64,000 nt of DNA from Dimorphilus gyrociliatus. Its lineage: Eukaryota > Animalia > Annelida. A program made the translations under genes and the position numbers. The notes below the pieces were generated by a model. It was given only the letters and a program-made list of their open reading frames with translations. It made no database searches and was not told where the DNA came from. Positions 14,892 to 27,658 of the stretch are shown here, one piece after another. The DNA lies in contig CAJFCJ010000003.1 in the NCBI GenBank assembly GCA_904063045.1, positions 3,168,595-3,232,594 of the forward strand. Reading direction: 5' to 3'. How positions within the stretch are numbered: position 1 is the stretch's first letter; every line of letters starts with the position of its first letter.

Positions 14892-16132
14892 TATATCAAT
14901 AACCTCAAATGGAAAATAAAAAGTCTATTTGCTGTGATGGTGAGCGAGTGATTGTCCTATAGATCACGTATACCACATTTATTATGGCACTCTCCAGCAG
15001 TTTATCATTAGAAATATGATCAGTAAAGAATCGTCGTAACAAATAATTCCATCCGTAAAATTAAGAAGAAAGCAATAGATTGTATATCTGAAACGGAAGT
15101 ACTTCATAAGTGCCATAATAACTTTGTATTATATACCCAGAAAAAATCATAAATTAATATATAAACGTGTTGATATTAAAAGTTAATAATGCTAAAATCT
15201 ATATGTTATTAATAGCAATAAAGAGGTACTGTTGAATTTCAACACTTGAAGAAAAGATGAATATTTATATATATACAGTATATATATTAATATATATATA
15301 TATATATAAATTGGTATATATTCTCATATACTATATGCGTATGCAATAAACGCGTACTCTTTTTTAATGGACGTATATGCGTTTTTTTTTTACATATTGC
15401 TACGCCCTCTATTGTTTATTCAACCGCCCTAAATCTTGCTATAAGAAGCCTTATGAAATATACAATAAATAATGCAATATATCATACAATGATTATTCAG
15501 TTTTTCTTCTTCTTCTTTTATTGAAATATCAGAGCTAATCAAAGTTTTCGTCAATAAGTAGGGAAAAAAACTAATAGAAGGGTATACTGAGTATAAAAAA
15601 TTAGTAAACGCAGAAAGGTAATATCATCAAAGAAACACCTGAAGAAATCTTGATGGATTTTCTACTGAAATCACGATATAAAATTTCATCTCAGATTATA
15701 AACGTGAAACGTTAATGATACCTCAGACGAATACAAGAAGAACTCGTGTTATATCTTTATTTTTACTAGACGATAGATGGAGCTACTATTCGATTTAAAT
15801 GTGAAAAAGTGACTCGCATCGGAATTAGGGGGATAAATAGGACAAAGTGTTGTTCGATGGTGGTGCGCTGAAGGATTAACGTCTTAACGAAGTTGACGGC
15901 GCGTGTTTTATTCCTTAAACGTTCCAACGAATCGGTTCTTGCTATGAATAGTCTTATATTGCAGATATAACACATATAGCACCAACTCTTGAAAAACTCT
16001 TTTGTCACGCTTCCCTTTATTTAATTTATTAATTATTTTAGTACATTTACTAAAAAACGACAAGGAATTTACTGTCTAGCTATAATGAAATAATAAGAAA
16101 AATTAATTAGACTCTTACTAATAATCATTTAA

Positions 16133-16148
16133 TAGCGCCATCTATAAT
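16133..16148 (-). promoter_or_regulatory. CTCF-like motif ATTATAGATGGCGCTA
   Basis: YAGATGGCGC core, at the left edge of the GC-rich island upstream of Tbx20a. Confidence 0.5.
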
Positions 16149-16856
16149 ATAAACGTAACTATAAATAAATGGAAACCGTCTAATTGCCTAATACAATTAT
16201 AAAAATATATTTGCTTGTCTCAAGTTTACATAAAACACTTCACTAGTCTAAGTTTTCTTTAGCCCGCCCCTTTCCACATAATAATTGATACGTCATTCGA
16301 GTAAAAAAACAAACAAGAGAGCAACTGCAACATCGGCAGACAAGCGGAAATAGATAAGACGTCGTCTGGCTAACATCACAGACAGATTAAAGCGGACAGT
16401 TTGATGAGAATGCAGTTACTAATGAGCTTTGGCCGTCCGCCGCCTTCTCGGGGATTTTAGTGTTGTGGCACAACTGTCAAGCTAGTTATTAAGCGGCACC
16501 GACTCGTGAGAATTTTCTCGTCTCATCGCTTTTCTCTATTATCTTCCGCCATAACGTTTTCCATGCGAATCCCTATTTTCGTTCTATTTCTGTATGCAAA
16601 AGCTGCTATGGTAAAATAAAATAAGCATTCTTACGGTTTGTCAGCTTTCGGCCATTTTTGTTTATTTTTTTCGGCAAGCCGACGGGCGTGTCAGGTTTTT
16701 GGCCAGTCTAGTTTATAGTCGGTAATGACGCGTGTTATACAGATAAAGTCTTGATTAAGTACGGAGCCAGACTCTGCGTGAAGTTGCCGCCACGATTACT
16801 GAAAAACCCTATCATTTTCTCAACTCGCGCTTTTCATGAAACATCTAATTTACTCA

Positions 16857-17166
16857 AATTTGAACCCGCACGACAGATGTAATATATATTAAAAGTTGCG
16901 TTAATATATCCGTTTTATATTTGAATTTATCCATAATACACAAGCAACCAAACTATTTATCATAATTAAGAGAGAAAAGAGTACCAATGTTTTCTTTCAT
17001 TGTTATCTTTACATTCGCGTGACATATATTAGAAAAAAAGTCTCTGGCAGAACATGCTGTGAGCCGTGTTTAAAAAACTCCGGTCTACTTTATTCAAAAG
17101 TTAAAAAACGTATTTAAATGCCAAAATACACCTTCCCTTCAATTTAAACCCGCAGGACAGATGCAA
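16857..17166 (+). repeat. Dispersed 26-nt direct repeat (2 copies, 16857-16882 and 17141-17166)
   Basis: AATTTGAACCCGCACGACAGATGTAA vs AATTTAAACCCGCAGGACAGATGCAA, 23/26 identical; both contain the E-box CAGATG. Confidence 0.75.
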
Positions 17167-17653
17167 CATTACATTACAACTCACCAGGTAAATGAACTAT
17201 AGTAATTATATGGTCAAAATTTAAATATTCTAACTAGCTTCTTAAAAGGTTAATTGAGTTTTATTCTTCTTTAGAAATATCTCTGATTTCATACCAATTA
17301 GCTGTGCTTTTTTTTTAAAATGTGGTAAAAGTGATCTATATGATATACTTTTTAATATTGTGTATATATATATATATAGTGTACTGATACATGAAGTATA
17401 TAGTTTGTATAATATACCAATATGAGTACTCTTTTTGTTTATTTATATACATTTAGCTTGGTTTTTTTAATTGTACAAACAGCCCTGCTCTTTCTCGAGT
17501 GCTAATATACTTGAATTTGTTTACGTATTGTTATACATTTATATACAGATACTCATTTGCATAAACAGCAATAAGATTTTGTAATACAAATATAGGAAAG
17601 CTGTTTCCCAGTCGTCAACTCGTTAAGTCGCTAATGTATGCGCCAAAGCTTCG

Positions 17654-17678
17654 TGACGTCATTCATCCGTCAACCAAT
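17654..17678 (+). promoter_or_regulatory. Putative Tbx20a proximal promoter (CRE palindrome + CCAAT box)
   Basis: TGACGTCA at 17654-17661 and CCAAT at 17674-17678, 60-80 nt upstream of the ATG at 17737, in locally GC-rich sequence. Confidence 0.45.
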
Positions 17679-17736
17679 CACCGCCTAGCGATCCAACTGC
17701 CGGTCAATTGCTCTCGAGTCTCCGTAGCTAAACGAT

Positions 17737-20700
17737 ATGACGGCAGATATTGTACCATCGAATTCTTCTCAAACTTCTTCTCCCAAGTTGTCGACTAAGG
17801 CAAGCGCCTTTAGCATAGCAGCCATTATGGGAGAAGATAAGAACAAAGTTGAAGAAGATGAAGAAGAGTTAGTCGGTAAGTACTTGACAAATTGTTCCAT
17901 TGTTTTACGCTAGTTCTATATGTACATGTAAAGCTTATATGGCGTAACTAAGTTGACGCGAAAATGGCACTTAGTAGTCATCGACCCAGAACGACAAACG
18001 CGCAAAGTTTTTCCTTACTGTATATTATGCAAATGAACTTTTACAGTTTAGAATAAACATTTATAGTTAAATTTATTAGAAGAGATGAATAGGCAACATA
18101 TTTGATGGTTTCCATAGTCGAAAGATGAAGGTAGAGACGATAAACATGCATAGCGTATTAGTAATGTAAAAACAGCCTCCCCTCTTAAGTAATGACATAA
18201 AAAAGAAACAAATACATTTTCTTTAAATATAACAAGAATGTTTTAAGCAATGAACTAAGCGAATTCTACAGAGTAAAAATATATATATGTATATAGAAAA
18301 ATATCTAGTTTATATAAAGAAATAACAGTGTGAAAATAAATCTGATAATTTATACATTTAAAGTAAAAGATGTGGTGTAAAAGAACATGAAAAGCCATGT
18401 CAGAATAAACAATATAATCAGCTCGTATAAACTATTCCTCTATATCAAAGAGTTGTATTTGTTTCGCGCCGTGTTCGGTTGCTGTTTAATACGTGCTTGC
18501 GCATTCGAGACTAATCATTTGGCTAACTAGATTTTCGTATAGTTATGTTTTTACACATACACCCTTTCTTTAGTTTTTAAAAGAGTATTTATGAAAATAA
18601 TGTATACATTGTTGAATGTATAATATAATAATAAATACATTTAATGCATACTATTTATATTGTATACAATCCATACATAATATATTCAAGTTGTTATTTA
18701 TATGAAAATCTATATATTTTACAATTAATCTAAATTTTTATTATTCAGTAAACATACACGCATTCTTTAAGAGTATAAGTATACACGATAGACTGTATAT
18801 TTCATAATAGATTTTGATATACAAATATTTTTCTATGACGAAAAATAGTTTTTAGTATACTCTTGACATCCGTGAAATATGTATGAAAGCTCCATATTTG
18901 GTAAATTGACATTTTGATCTTTCAATCATGCATGCATAGGTATAAAAAGAAGACTGCTCATTTTGTATTTGAACGTCACATTTGCCACATTTCTTATAAT
19001 CGGCTGTAGTCAGTTTTTTCTGTGTTTTTTTTGTATATAAAATATTTTAAAAATAACATACTAAAGCTCTATTAAACGGGACGGGAAGGGAGATTTGAGA
19101 ACCAACAATTGGTATTCGTACAAGAACTATATAATTATCTTCTTAATACGCACCTGTAAGAGAGAAATATAGCTAAATATATAACCCCATAAGTCAAGTG
19201 GCATTTACTACTTTTTTTGCAGGCACATTCTCAATTGATCATGTAAAGATGACTACTGAAAGCTTTGTAGAGATGTCACATAAATATTTATTTTTAAAGA
19301 GGGACATTGTTTGAATGCATTCACTTCTTAATAGTTTATCAAATTTTTAACAATAAATATCTTAACAATTATTCAGAACAAACTGTTGAAGAGTGTGAAG
19401 AAGAGGAACAACAACAAAGCTCTCCGTCACCCTCCAGAACTTTGGAAGAGGGGCCTCTACAAGGAATAGAATGTCGGCTTGAAACAAAAGAATTGTGGGA
19501 TAAATTCCATGAGCTGGGTACAGAAATGATAATAACAAAAACGGGCAGGTTAGTTCTCCACTAATAAGGGCCGACTCAAATTAGCGGTTCGTTAAATGTT
19601 CTAAGGAGATTAAGAGCAATTTTCTCGACAGGCGAATGTTCCCCACGTTACGCGCTTCGTTCAGCGGTGAAAATCTGCAAATGGATTGTAGATATTCTGT
19701 TCTACTCGATATTGTCGCGGTGGATGCGAAGCGTTATAGATACGCCTACCATAGGTCATGTTGGTTAGTTGCTGGTAAAGCCGATCCAGCTTTGCCTACC
19801 CGTCTTTATTCGCATCCTGATTCAACACTAACTGGTGAACAACTTATGAAACAAACTGTTTCATTTGAAAAGGTCAAATTAACCAATAACATGTTGGATA
19901 AAAATGGACATGTAAGTTAACTAAACCTTCTTTCCAGATAGCTTAAAAATTAATATTTTCTATATTAATCTTTTATAAATTTGATTAATCGTAACCGTAC
20001 CACCCATCTTATCAGAGATTTTTTAATCTTTATAATCCTTGTCATTCCAGATCATTCTCAATTCGATGCACAAATATCAACCGCGAGTGCACGTCGTTAA
20101 GCGTAAACCTAACTGCTGCGCTCCGTTACAATCGCTGGAAGGTGAAGAGTATAGGACATTTGTCTTTCCTGAAACAACTTTTATCGCAGTTACAGCATAC
20201 CAAAATCAATTGGTTAGTCTATATATCTCAACTAATTTCTCAAACACTATGCTTTTCTCTTTAATTAAAAATACGTCTAAGCTAATACGGAATATTTTTA
20301 TGTTTTTATAGATAACCAAGTTGAAAATAGATAGCAATCCGTTTGCAAAAGGTTTCAGAGATTCGTCCAGATTGACGGAATTAGACAGGTTTGTTTATCC
20401 CAGTCAACCATAATATTATACATCATAAAAAGCGTAGTCCGTCTTGTTGATTTGCCAACGCCATAAACACAGCTGCATCGACTGCAAACCACACTTAACC
20501 TACTTTATTCCCCACACGCCGTAGAAATGTATATAAACTGACCTTTAACATTTAAGTTTTATTTTGGTTGGGTACATGGAATTAATTCTATGATCTGTAG
20601 CAATTCAAATTCAACGAACTAACAAAGACTACTTCTTATCTTGTCAAATCGGCGCCGATTTTCTATTGCTCTTGACCGATTCGACGCTCGACTCCTTTGA

Positions 20701-23325
20701 GAATTTTTCATAATCCTGCTCTAGTATAGCAAAATCCGTTGGAGCCTCCCAAAGCTCTCTTTTCGACCATACCCTTAACAAAGTACTAAACAACGTAAGC
20801 TTTCTTTTAAGGCAATATACAATCGAATTTTCGCCTAAACAACGCTCATGTTTTCGTTATAGCCGTATTATTAGATAACACATATATGGCCCCGGAAGAG
20901 TCTCTTGATCCAATCCAGTCACAGTCAACAGGGGTTGATTATTGATAGAGACTTTAAGTCTGGTCGAGCTCCAATCAACAAAACATATTTGCCGATTTTT
21001 TTTTCTTAAGAAACTCTCTTGTCGAAAATCTGTGGAGGCAAATCCCCATTGCAGAGTATGCAACAAGCCATGAAGTAATGTTTCAACGGTTCACACTTAA
21101 CCATCTGACTACGAGTTTAAAAGACTTCGGTCGTCATTTGTATAGCGTTAAATCGTTCGTGTCAGAAATATTGCATGGAGCGAAAGAGGGAGAAATATAT
21201 TTATATATTCAGTAGATTATACTATATTTCGAGGTATCTGTGAAAAAAGGGGGACTTTACAGCTATTTATAGCCCAATTACCTTTTAATAATTATTTTTA
21301 ATATTTTTAGCAAAAATTAAATATTACGTAATAATAATTGAAAATCACAAAGAGAAATCATTATTTCAATCCAAAAGGTTTGAGTGGAATCGAAAAAACA
21401 TAGATTGGTCTCTTTACCTTATTTTAAAAAATTTGAATTTCTATGTTCATTTGTACGATGATATTAGCATTATATTTGAAACCTTCAAGCCTTGAATAGA
21501 GAGAAGTTTATAGTCTTTCTATCAATTTAGTAAAAAATAGGCTTGACCCTTAATTGAGCATGAAACGGAGAAAGCTTAAAAGTTCTCACAGTTTTCAATC
21601 GTTTTCCTTATCTCATCTGTTAATTGCTCTTTTTACTTTAGAGTTTCATTTAAAGTAGCCTCTCGCGAAATTCGATGCAGATTCCACTCCTCCACTTATA
21701 AATAGTGGACAGATTAAAAAGACCTTTTGCCGACCGCTTCTAATTCTGTCAACAACTGTTGCTAGCTGTCGGTAAATATTGCTTTGGGAGCATACCTTTC
21801 TCTTTTCTATCTCATTGAAAAAACATTGGCTGACCTCGTTTCCGTTTACGTCTTTTTTTAAACATTCGTTCCTCGTTTGAGTGCTGTGCTCTGACTACTT
21901 ACAATTCCCATACAGTAGTACCAAATTCACAGCCTGCCTGTTAGACTTTGATGTTAAAAATCTCACTCTTTCGCTTTAGTTTTATTTTTATTTTATAGGT
22001 CTAGTGATAATTAGATATATTTTCTCTTTCTTTTTAAAACATATAAATATATTGTAAACATTAATTAAGTCCATAGCTAATTTTAATAGCCTTGAAAAAT
22101 TGATTGGTAAAAGATTGAAAAGCAGTTTATAGGCCAAATACATCACACCCTAACAGGTGTTAGGCAACTCAACAAAAAGCTTATCATGAAATATAAATTA
22201 CTAAAAAATTTATTTTATTGGCTGAAAACGTTTGCTCCTAACGTCACAATTATTGATTGCTTTTCCAATAATTTCTTTTTTCTCGTTTAAATAGAGAAAG
22301 TATGGAATCAGCTCTACACCACGCATATCGAGCCGAAGAACCGAAAGGTAAGATAAAAAAATTTTCTCCTCTCTAACCGCCTAATACTAGTCCGCGCAAC
22401 GAGCGTAAGTTAGTTTGTCTTTGTAGATAAAATAGAAGCGTTGAAACCAGTAAGAGTTAGTTAAAGAATGCACGAGAAGCAGACGTGAGATTTTATGCTT
22501 AGTTTATGTATACAAGCGCATTCTTGAAACGACGATTTTATGGTGCAGACTTTTTGTAGGTAACGTAATTTGAAATTGACGATCTTGGCTCTGTAGGCTG
22601 TCCGTTAAAATATGTAGTTTAAGTTTACTCTATATATACAAAAACAGTTATGTCTTTTTTCTTCTCTTTCCACTACCCTTTTCTCCCCCGCCCCCTACCT
22701 CTCTCCCCTCCCTTCTAAACAAACCCATTTACTATCGCTGACGAGTGAAAATCAGAAAGGATTTTCGTGTATTCAGTAATAGAGAGAATTATTATAACAG
22801 TATCCAAACAATGACTGCTCTGATCCGCTTCACAAAAAGAAACTGTTTGGAAAAAGTTAAGATAAATAAGATTAAATAAATCAAGGATTTAAGCACAGAT
22901 AAACATGTTGCACCTTGTAATTTTGCACATAAATTTTCTGTAAATCAACTCAAATAATAGATGGAGTAACATTAGTTCGATGAATGGTAAGAGGTTAACA
23001 TTAATTCTCCAGTTGCACTTTAAGCTTGAAAAAGATCTCTGACGTAGATTTATTGTACTTTATAATACTATTTCATTTACTATTCTTTTCTAATAATTTT
23101 TAATGTTAACTTTTTTCTCCAGTTGAAGAGAGAGCTTTTGCAACTCTATTATATAGGCCACCACGACTCCCGTTAATCGCCTCACTTCCGTTCTACAATA
23201 ACCTCCTCTCCCTGCACGCATTTCCTTCCTCTATTTATCAGTCTCCTTACTCCAGGTTTCATCCATATTTAACCGGTCAAGTGAAGAGAAATTCGGGAGA
23301 AAATTCAACTCAAGCAACGCAATAA
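17737..23325 (+). CDS. Tbx20: T-box transcription factor Tbx20 (paralogue a), 7 coding exons, 361 aa
   Basis: join(17737..17875,19377..19548,19632..19911,20051..20212,20312..20388,22295..22347,23123..23325) = 1086 nt, all GT-AG, frame intact. N-terminal eh1 motif [11 protein letters not shown]-box has Tbx20-type [58 protein letters not shown] and [28 protein letters not shown]. Confidence 0.93.
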
Positions 23326-23479
23326 CATTTTAAAATTGTTAATGTTTTTTTCAATATTTTTAATCAACTAGTTTCTATTTGTCTAATTTTTTCATTGCAT
23401 AGAAACAATTAATTATAAATATTATATGCATAACATGTATAAAAAAAATTAAGATTAAATGTATATGCAGTAAACAAGC

Positions 23480-23510
<31 letters not shown>

Positions 23511-26500
23511 TATGTAAATTTCTCTTCTCTTGGATATCTAGATTTCTCTATATCTCTTTTTATGATCTAAAACATGTATATTCTATATGTATATATCTAA
23601 ATTTGCATATATTGTATATTAATGTTAATATTAAAAAAAAACTTGCTTTATTAAACGAATACATAAAAGGTACGCGAAAAGGAAAAATAATTATTTTACT
23701 CTCGTTGCCAATTCTATTGATTTGTATGTAGATAGAGTAGCCTATGCATAAAGTTGATAAGGAAGGTTCACTTTATTCATAGTGAAACCGTAGCTGATTG
23801 AATAGCGAATTTTATTCCAATAAAATGTAGAGGTCATTGATAAAGGTTGAAAATGTATTTCTTTAAAGTAATTAAGGGAAAAATCTCTTGCCAACAGAAA
23901 GTGTTTATGTGTACAAGGCGCTTCGATTTTTCGCCCAACGTCAGTTACGCGTCGGATTTTCTCTAGCAAATTACGAATCCGGTCAGCGGACCGTCACGCG
24001 AAACGTCGCCTTTATCTGTTCATCTCGCGCCGCTGGCCAGTGTCGGCGCAGTCAACTAGCTCTTTCCATTTTTCTTGTTACTATATTTGGACTGAGTTAA
24101 TTAATCAAAAGAATAGATAAAAATTCTTTGCTTATTTTAAATAGATAGGAAGGAAGAATTAGAGGACTTGCTTATAAAACATTTCCCTTACCATATTATT
24201 CTAATTCGATTCTAAGCTCGTTAGAAGAGCAAAAACAAAATCAACTCTCGTTTCGATTTGATTAATTGAACGGGCGACAAAATGGAGAACAAGGCGGCGA
24301 TTGTGCACCAATTTAGCGACAGAACGCCGAATTAGTAACGCTTAACGCGCCGCCGGAATATAAACTGCAACGAACTGCAAACGCGTCAGAACGCCGCTTC
24401 GCAGATGCAGTTTAGATAAGATGAAATATATTCGAAACGCTGCCCAATGGTCATCGTAACGCCGATAAGGGCACGACGAGCTTTGCATACTTAAGCGTCG
24501 GTTTGTTTGCACGCTTTATTTACTCGGTGACGTCTTCTCTCAAAATAAATATATAGTCCTGCTCCATTTAAAGTTAATCTTAAAAATTTATTCCTAATTT
24601 ATCTAATTATTTATTTGTTTATAAAGTGTCGCAATACGGTTAGTTAAGCGTATCAGAGTGATTTTTCTTCCCCTAACAAATTACAAGAGACTAGGAGAGT
24701 GAAAGAGACATAGAGAAGAGAGAAAGAGAGAGGGAGAAAGAGGGAGAGGGAGAGGGAGAGAAAGAAAAACTAGAATAACAGATGGCTGTTTTTATGGAAA
24801 AATGAGTTTCTTTTATTATTTTTTGTATCAACAACTAAGAGATTTTTCTTAAGATATCAACGTTATGAATATATAATTAATGAATTTTATATTAACTATT
24901 CAGAGTAGATAAATAGAAGAAATTATTAAGGCTATGTAGAGAAATCAAAATTTTATAAAACTTGTACAAAAGACAAAAAAAGAGAGATCAAAGTTTGTAA
25001 AGCTTGTTTTCTAACCGATAAATCTCAGTCAATCAAACTTTTTTGATATAATTGAGAGTAGTTTTGCTTCGGTTGGGATTATTAACTACTTTTGAACTTT
25101 GATATGATTCGGCAATAATTTACAAAATTCGATTAGGAATATAGAAAAGAAGGTAAAAAAAAAAGTTAAAAGCTTTTTTTCAAAACATGCTTCGCCGATG
25201 CATTCAATGTCGACTTTTTACACCTTTGGGGCCGTTGAAAAGTCATAAACGCTAATGAATATTCATTAAACTGATGACTGATAACTTTGAGAAATAAACT
25301 GTATAGATATACATGTAAATAGCGTGTATATTTACAAACGTCGTTACTCCGTCGTTTTTCGCCTGTCTGAGCAGGCAATTTCACGCCAGCCGCTGGACAA
25401 ATGTAGGCCTATTATCCTCTTATTTTAATACTTAACATTTGTCCTGTACATTTTATTTATACAATGTAAATTTTCTCATTGCTCTATAATCGGCGAGAAA
25501 TTGCGGTCGAAAGCGGCAATTTGAGAGGTGGAATATTCACTCGATCGGCACTCATGATAAGGGCGATTTTGCGGCAGTCTGCTCTTCTGTTTGTTTTATA
25601 TTCTTTTTTTTTCTTTAAACAAACACGTAAGGTGGCGTTTCGATAGTTCAAAATGGATTAAAGTTAAAATATAATAGTATATAAAGAATATATAATGTAT
25701 AATAAATATAAAGAATAAAAAACAATTGAATAAACTCGATCAATTTTTTATTATTATATAATTTTCGTTTTTAACAGAAAACAAAAGTCTTTATAAGTTG
25801 CATAAAAAATAATAAATTATTTACTTTTCATTCAATTTTTGCAACAAATGTTTAGTAATAAATTAATTTAATTTGAATATACACTACTGAATAATGATGA
25901 AATAAATTTTTTTATATTGTACTTAAGACTTATCACAGCCCTCTTAGTTTTTTTTAAGGGAGAGACAGGGAGAGAAAGAGAAAAGAGCTGAAAGAAAGGA
26001 AGGAAGGAAGAGAGTAAAGATTTGAGTAAGTTAAATAGGAAGAGTGAGAGAGAAAGAGAGAGAATGCAGGGAAAGAGAGATAGAAAAGTAAGTAAGAATA
26101 AGTTTTTCTCATAACAGAAACATCTTACAGTAATAAATTAGTCAGAAATAAGATAAAAAACAAATAGCCAATAACTTTAAATTAAAGTAATTTCTCTTTT
26201 TATCCATTGTTTTTAAATGATAAAACTTTAAAAGAGCCATGCTGAAAGCCATAAAAGAAAAAACGAAATATATAACAGACCAGTTTTCTACCACCTTGCC
26301 CAAAAATTTTTATAGTTTAAGTATAGGAAAGCTGCGCCTTTTGTAAATACATTTTTACGCTTCCTAAGGGGAAGAAATTGCGGCGTAAACAACCGCCGGC
26401 GACGTGAATTTCACGCTGAGCGACTTGAATGGTGAATCGGTTTTAAATCGACTGTGTAGTTTTTTTTTGTAAAAGAGTTCTTTTTTATTTACTTTAAAGT

Positions 26501-26521
26501 TTTTGTTTAATTCTTTCATGG

Positions 26522-27616
26522 TCATTTGAATAAATAGGGATGGTAACGATGAGATGAAGATGAGTTATTTTCCTCCTGATCAGTAGGATGAGGCCAAAAG
26601 AAGGGGTGGTAAAGAGCTGCCAGGGACCTTGACCTTTCTGCCAGTGTTGCACCGTAGGGCCATGGTAGATAATTAAAATTGCTGAGTTGCCTCCAATTAG
26701 CATAGGCTTCTGCATCTAGAAATATATAAGAAAAGAAAAGCTGCTTAGTTGCGTGATGAGACTTTAAATACAATGGACAAGGGATCGTCTCGGTGGGTAT
26801 ATAGACTAGATATATTAATGCTTATTTAACATTATTGATGAAAAAGTGTCACTCTACTGTTTAGACGAATATTAAAAATATGGAAATACGAGAGTGCATT
26901 TTGTCTTAATTGATAGTAACAGTAAGATAAACCAGACGCCCCTTATAGAGATTTATAAGTACAAACTGCACCGTATAGTTTACTGATAAGACAATATAGC
27001 TAGATGTGCATATCTTTATCTAACATTAGAAAAACAAGGCCATGCTTTTGTCTGATAAACTATAAGCATGCATATACTTCAGAGAATAGTATACTACTTT
27101 GTAAAAAATGTAGTTTGCAAGGATAGCTCTAAAGTTAATTTGTAACTATTAAACCTAATTAAATAAAAAAAGTAAAGAAATTAACAATAACAACTTAACA
27201 AGGTTCTTACAAAGAGCATACACAGTGCCATATTGTTAGTAATAGGATGTATACATCTTTAGCATATAGATAATGATTGATGGTTGTCAGAAAGAAGAGC
27301 GTGACAAAATCTTACCAGTTTCTGCGAAGGAAGGAGTCTGCAAAAGATTCGTTGAGGCTAAAGATATTTTCGCTCCATCAGCGTCATGATTGTCGCTCAA
27401 CCGAGTCGAATCACGGAACCCTTTGGCAAAAGGGTTACTATCGATTTTTAGTTTTGTTATCTAAAAATAGAAAAAGCGGTTAAAAGTCGATCGATGACTG
27501 TATATTTAATAGAATAGTCTTATAGTTTTTATATAGTATTCAAATACATTTGTATATAATCTGTTTTCTTTCACTTTTTTTCTTTCTAAGTATTTGTTTT
27601 AATCTATGCTGTTTTG

Positions 27617-27658
<42 letters not shown>

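Noticed and set aside
15766-16008. 80-aa minus ORF with CYMCYIC
   Set aside because: GTG start, no second Cys/His pair and no recognisable family; lies in a GC-richer island better explained as regulatory.
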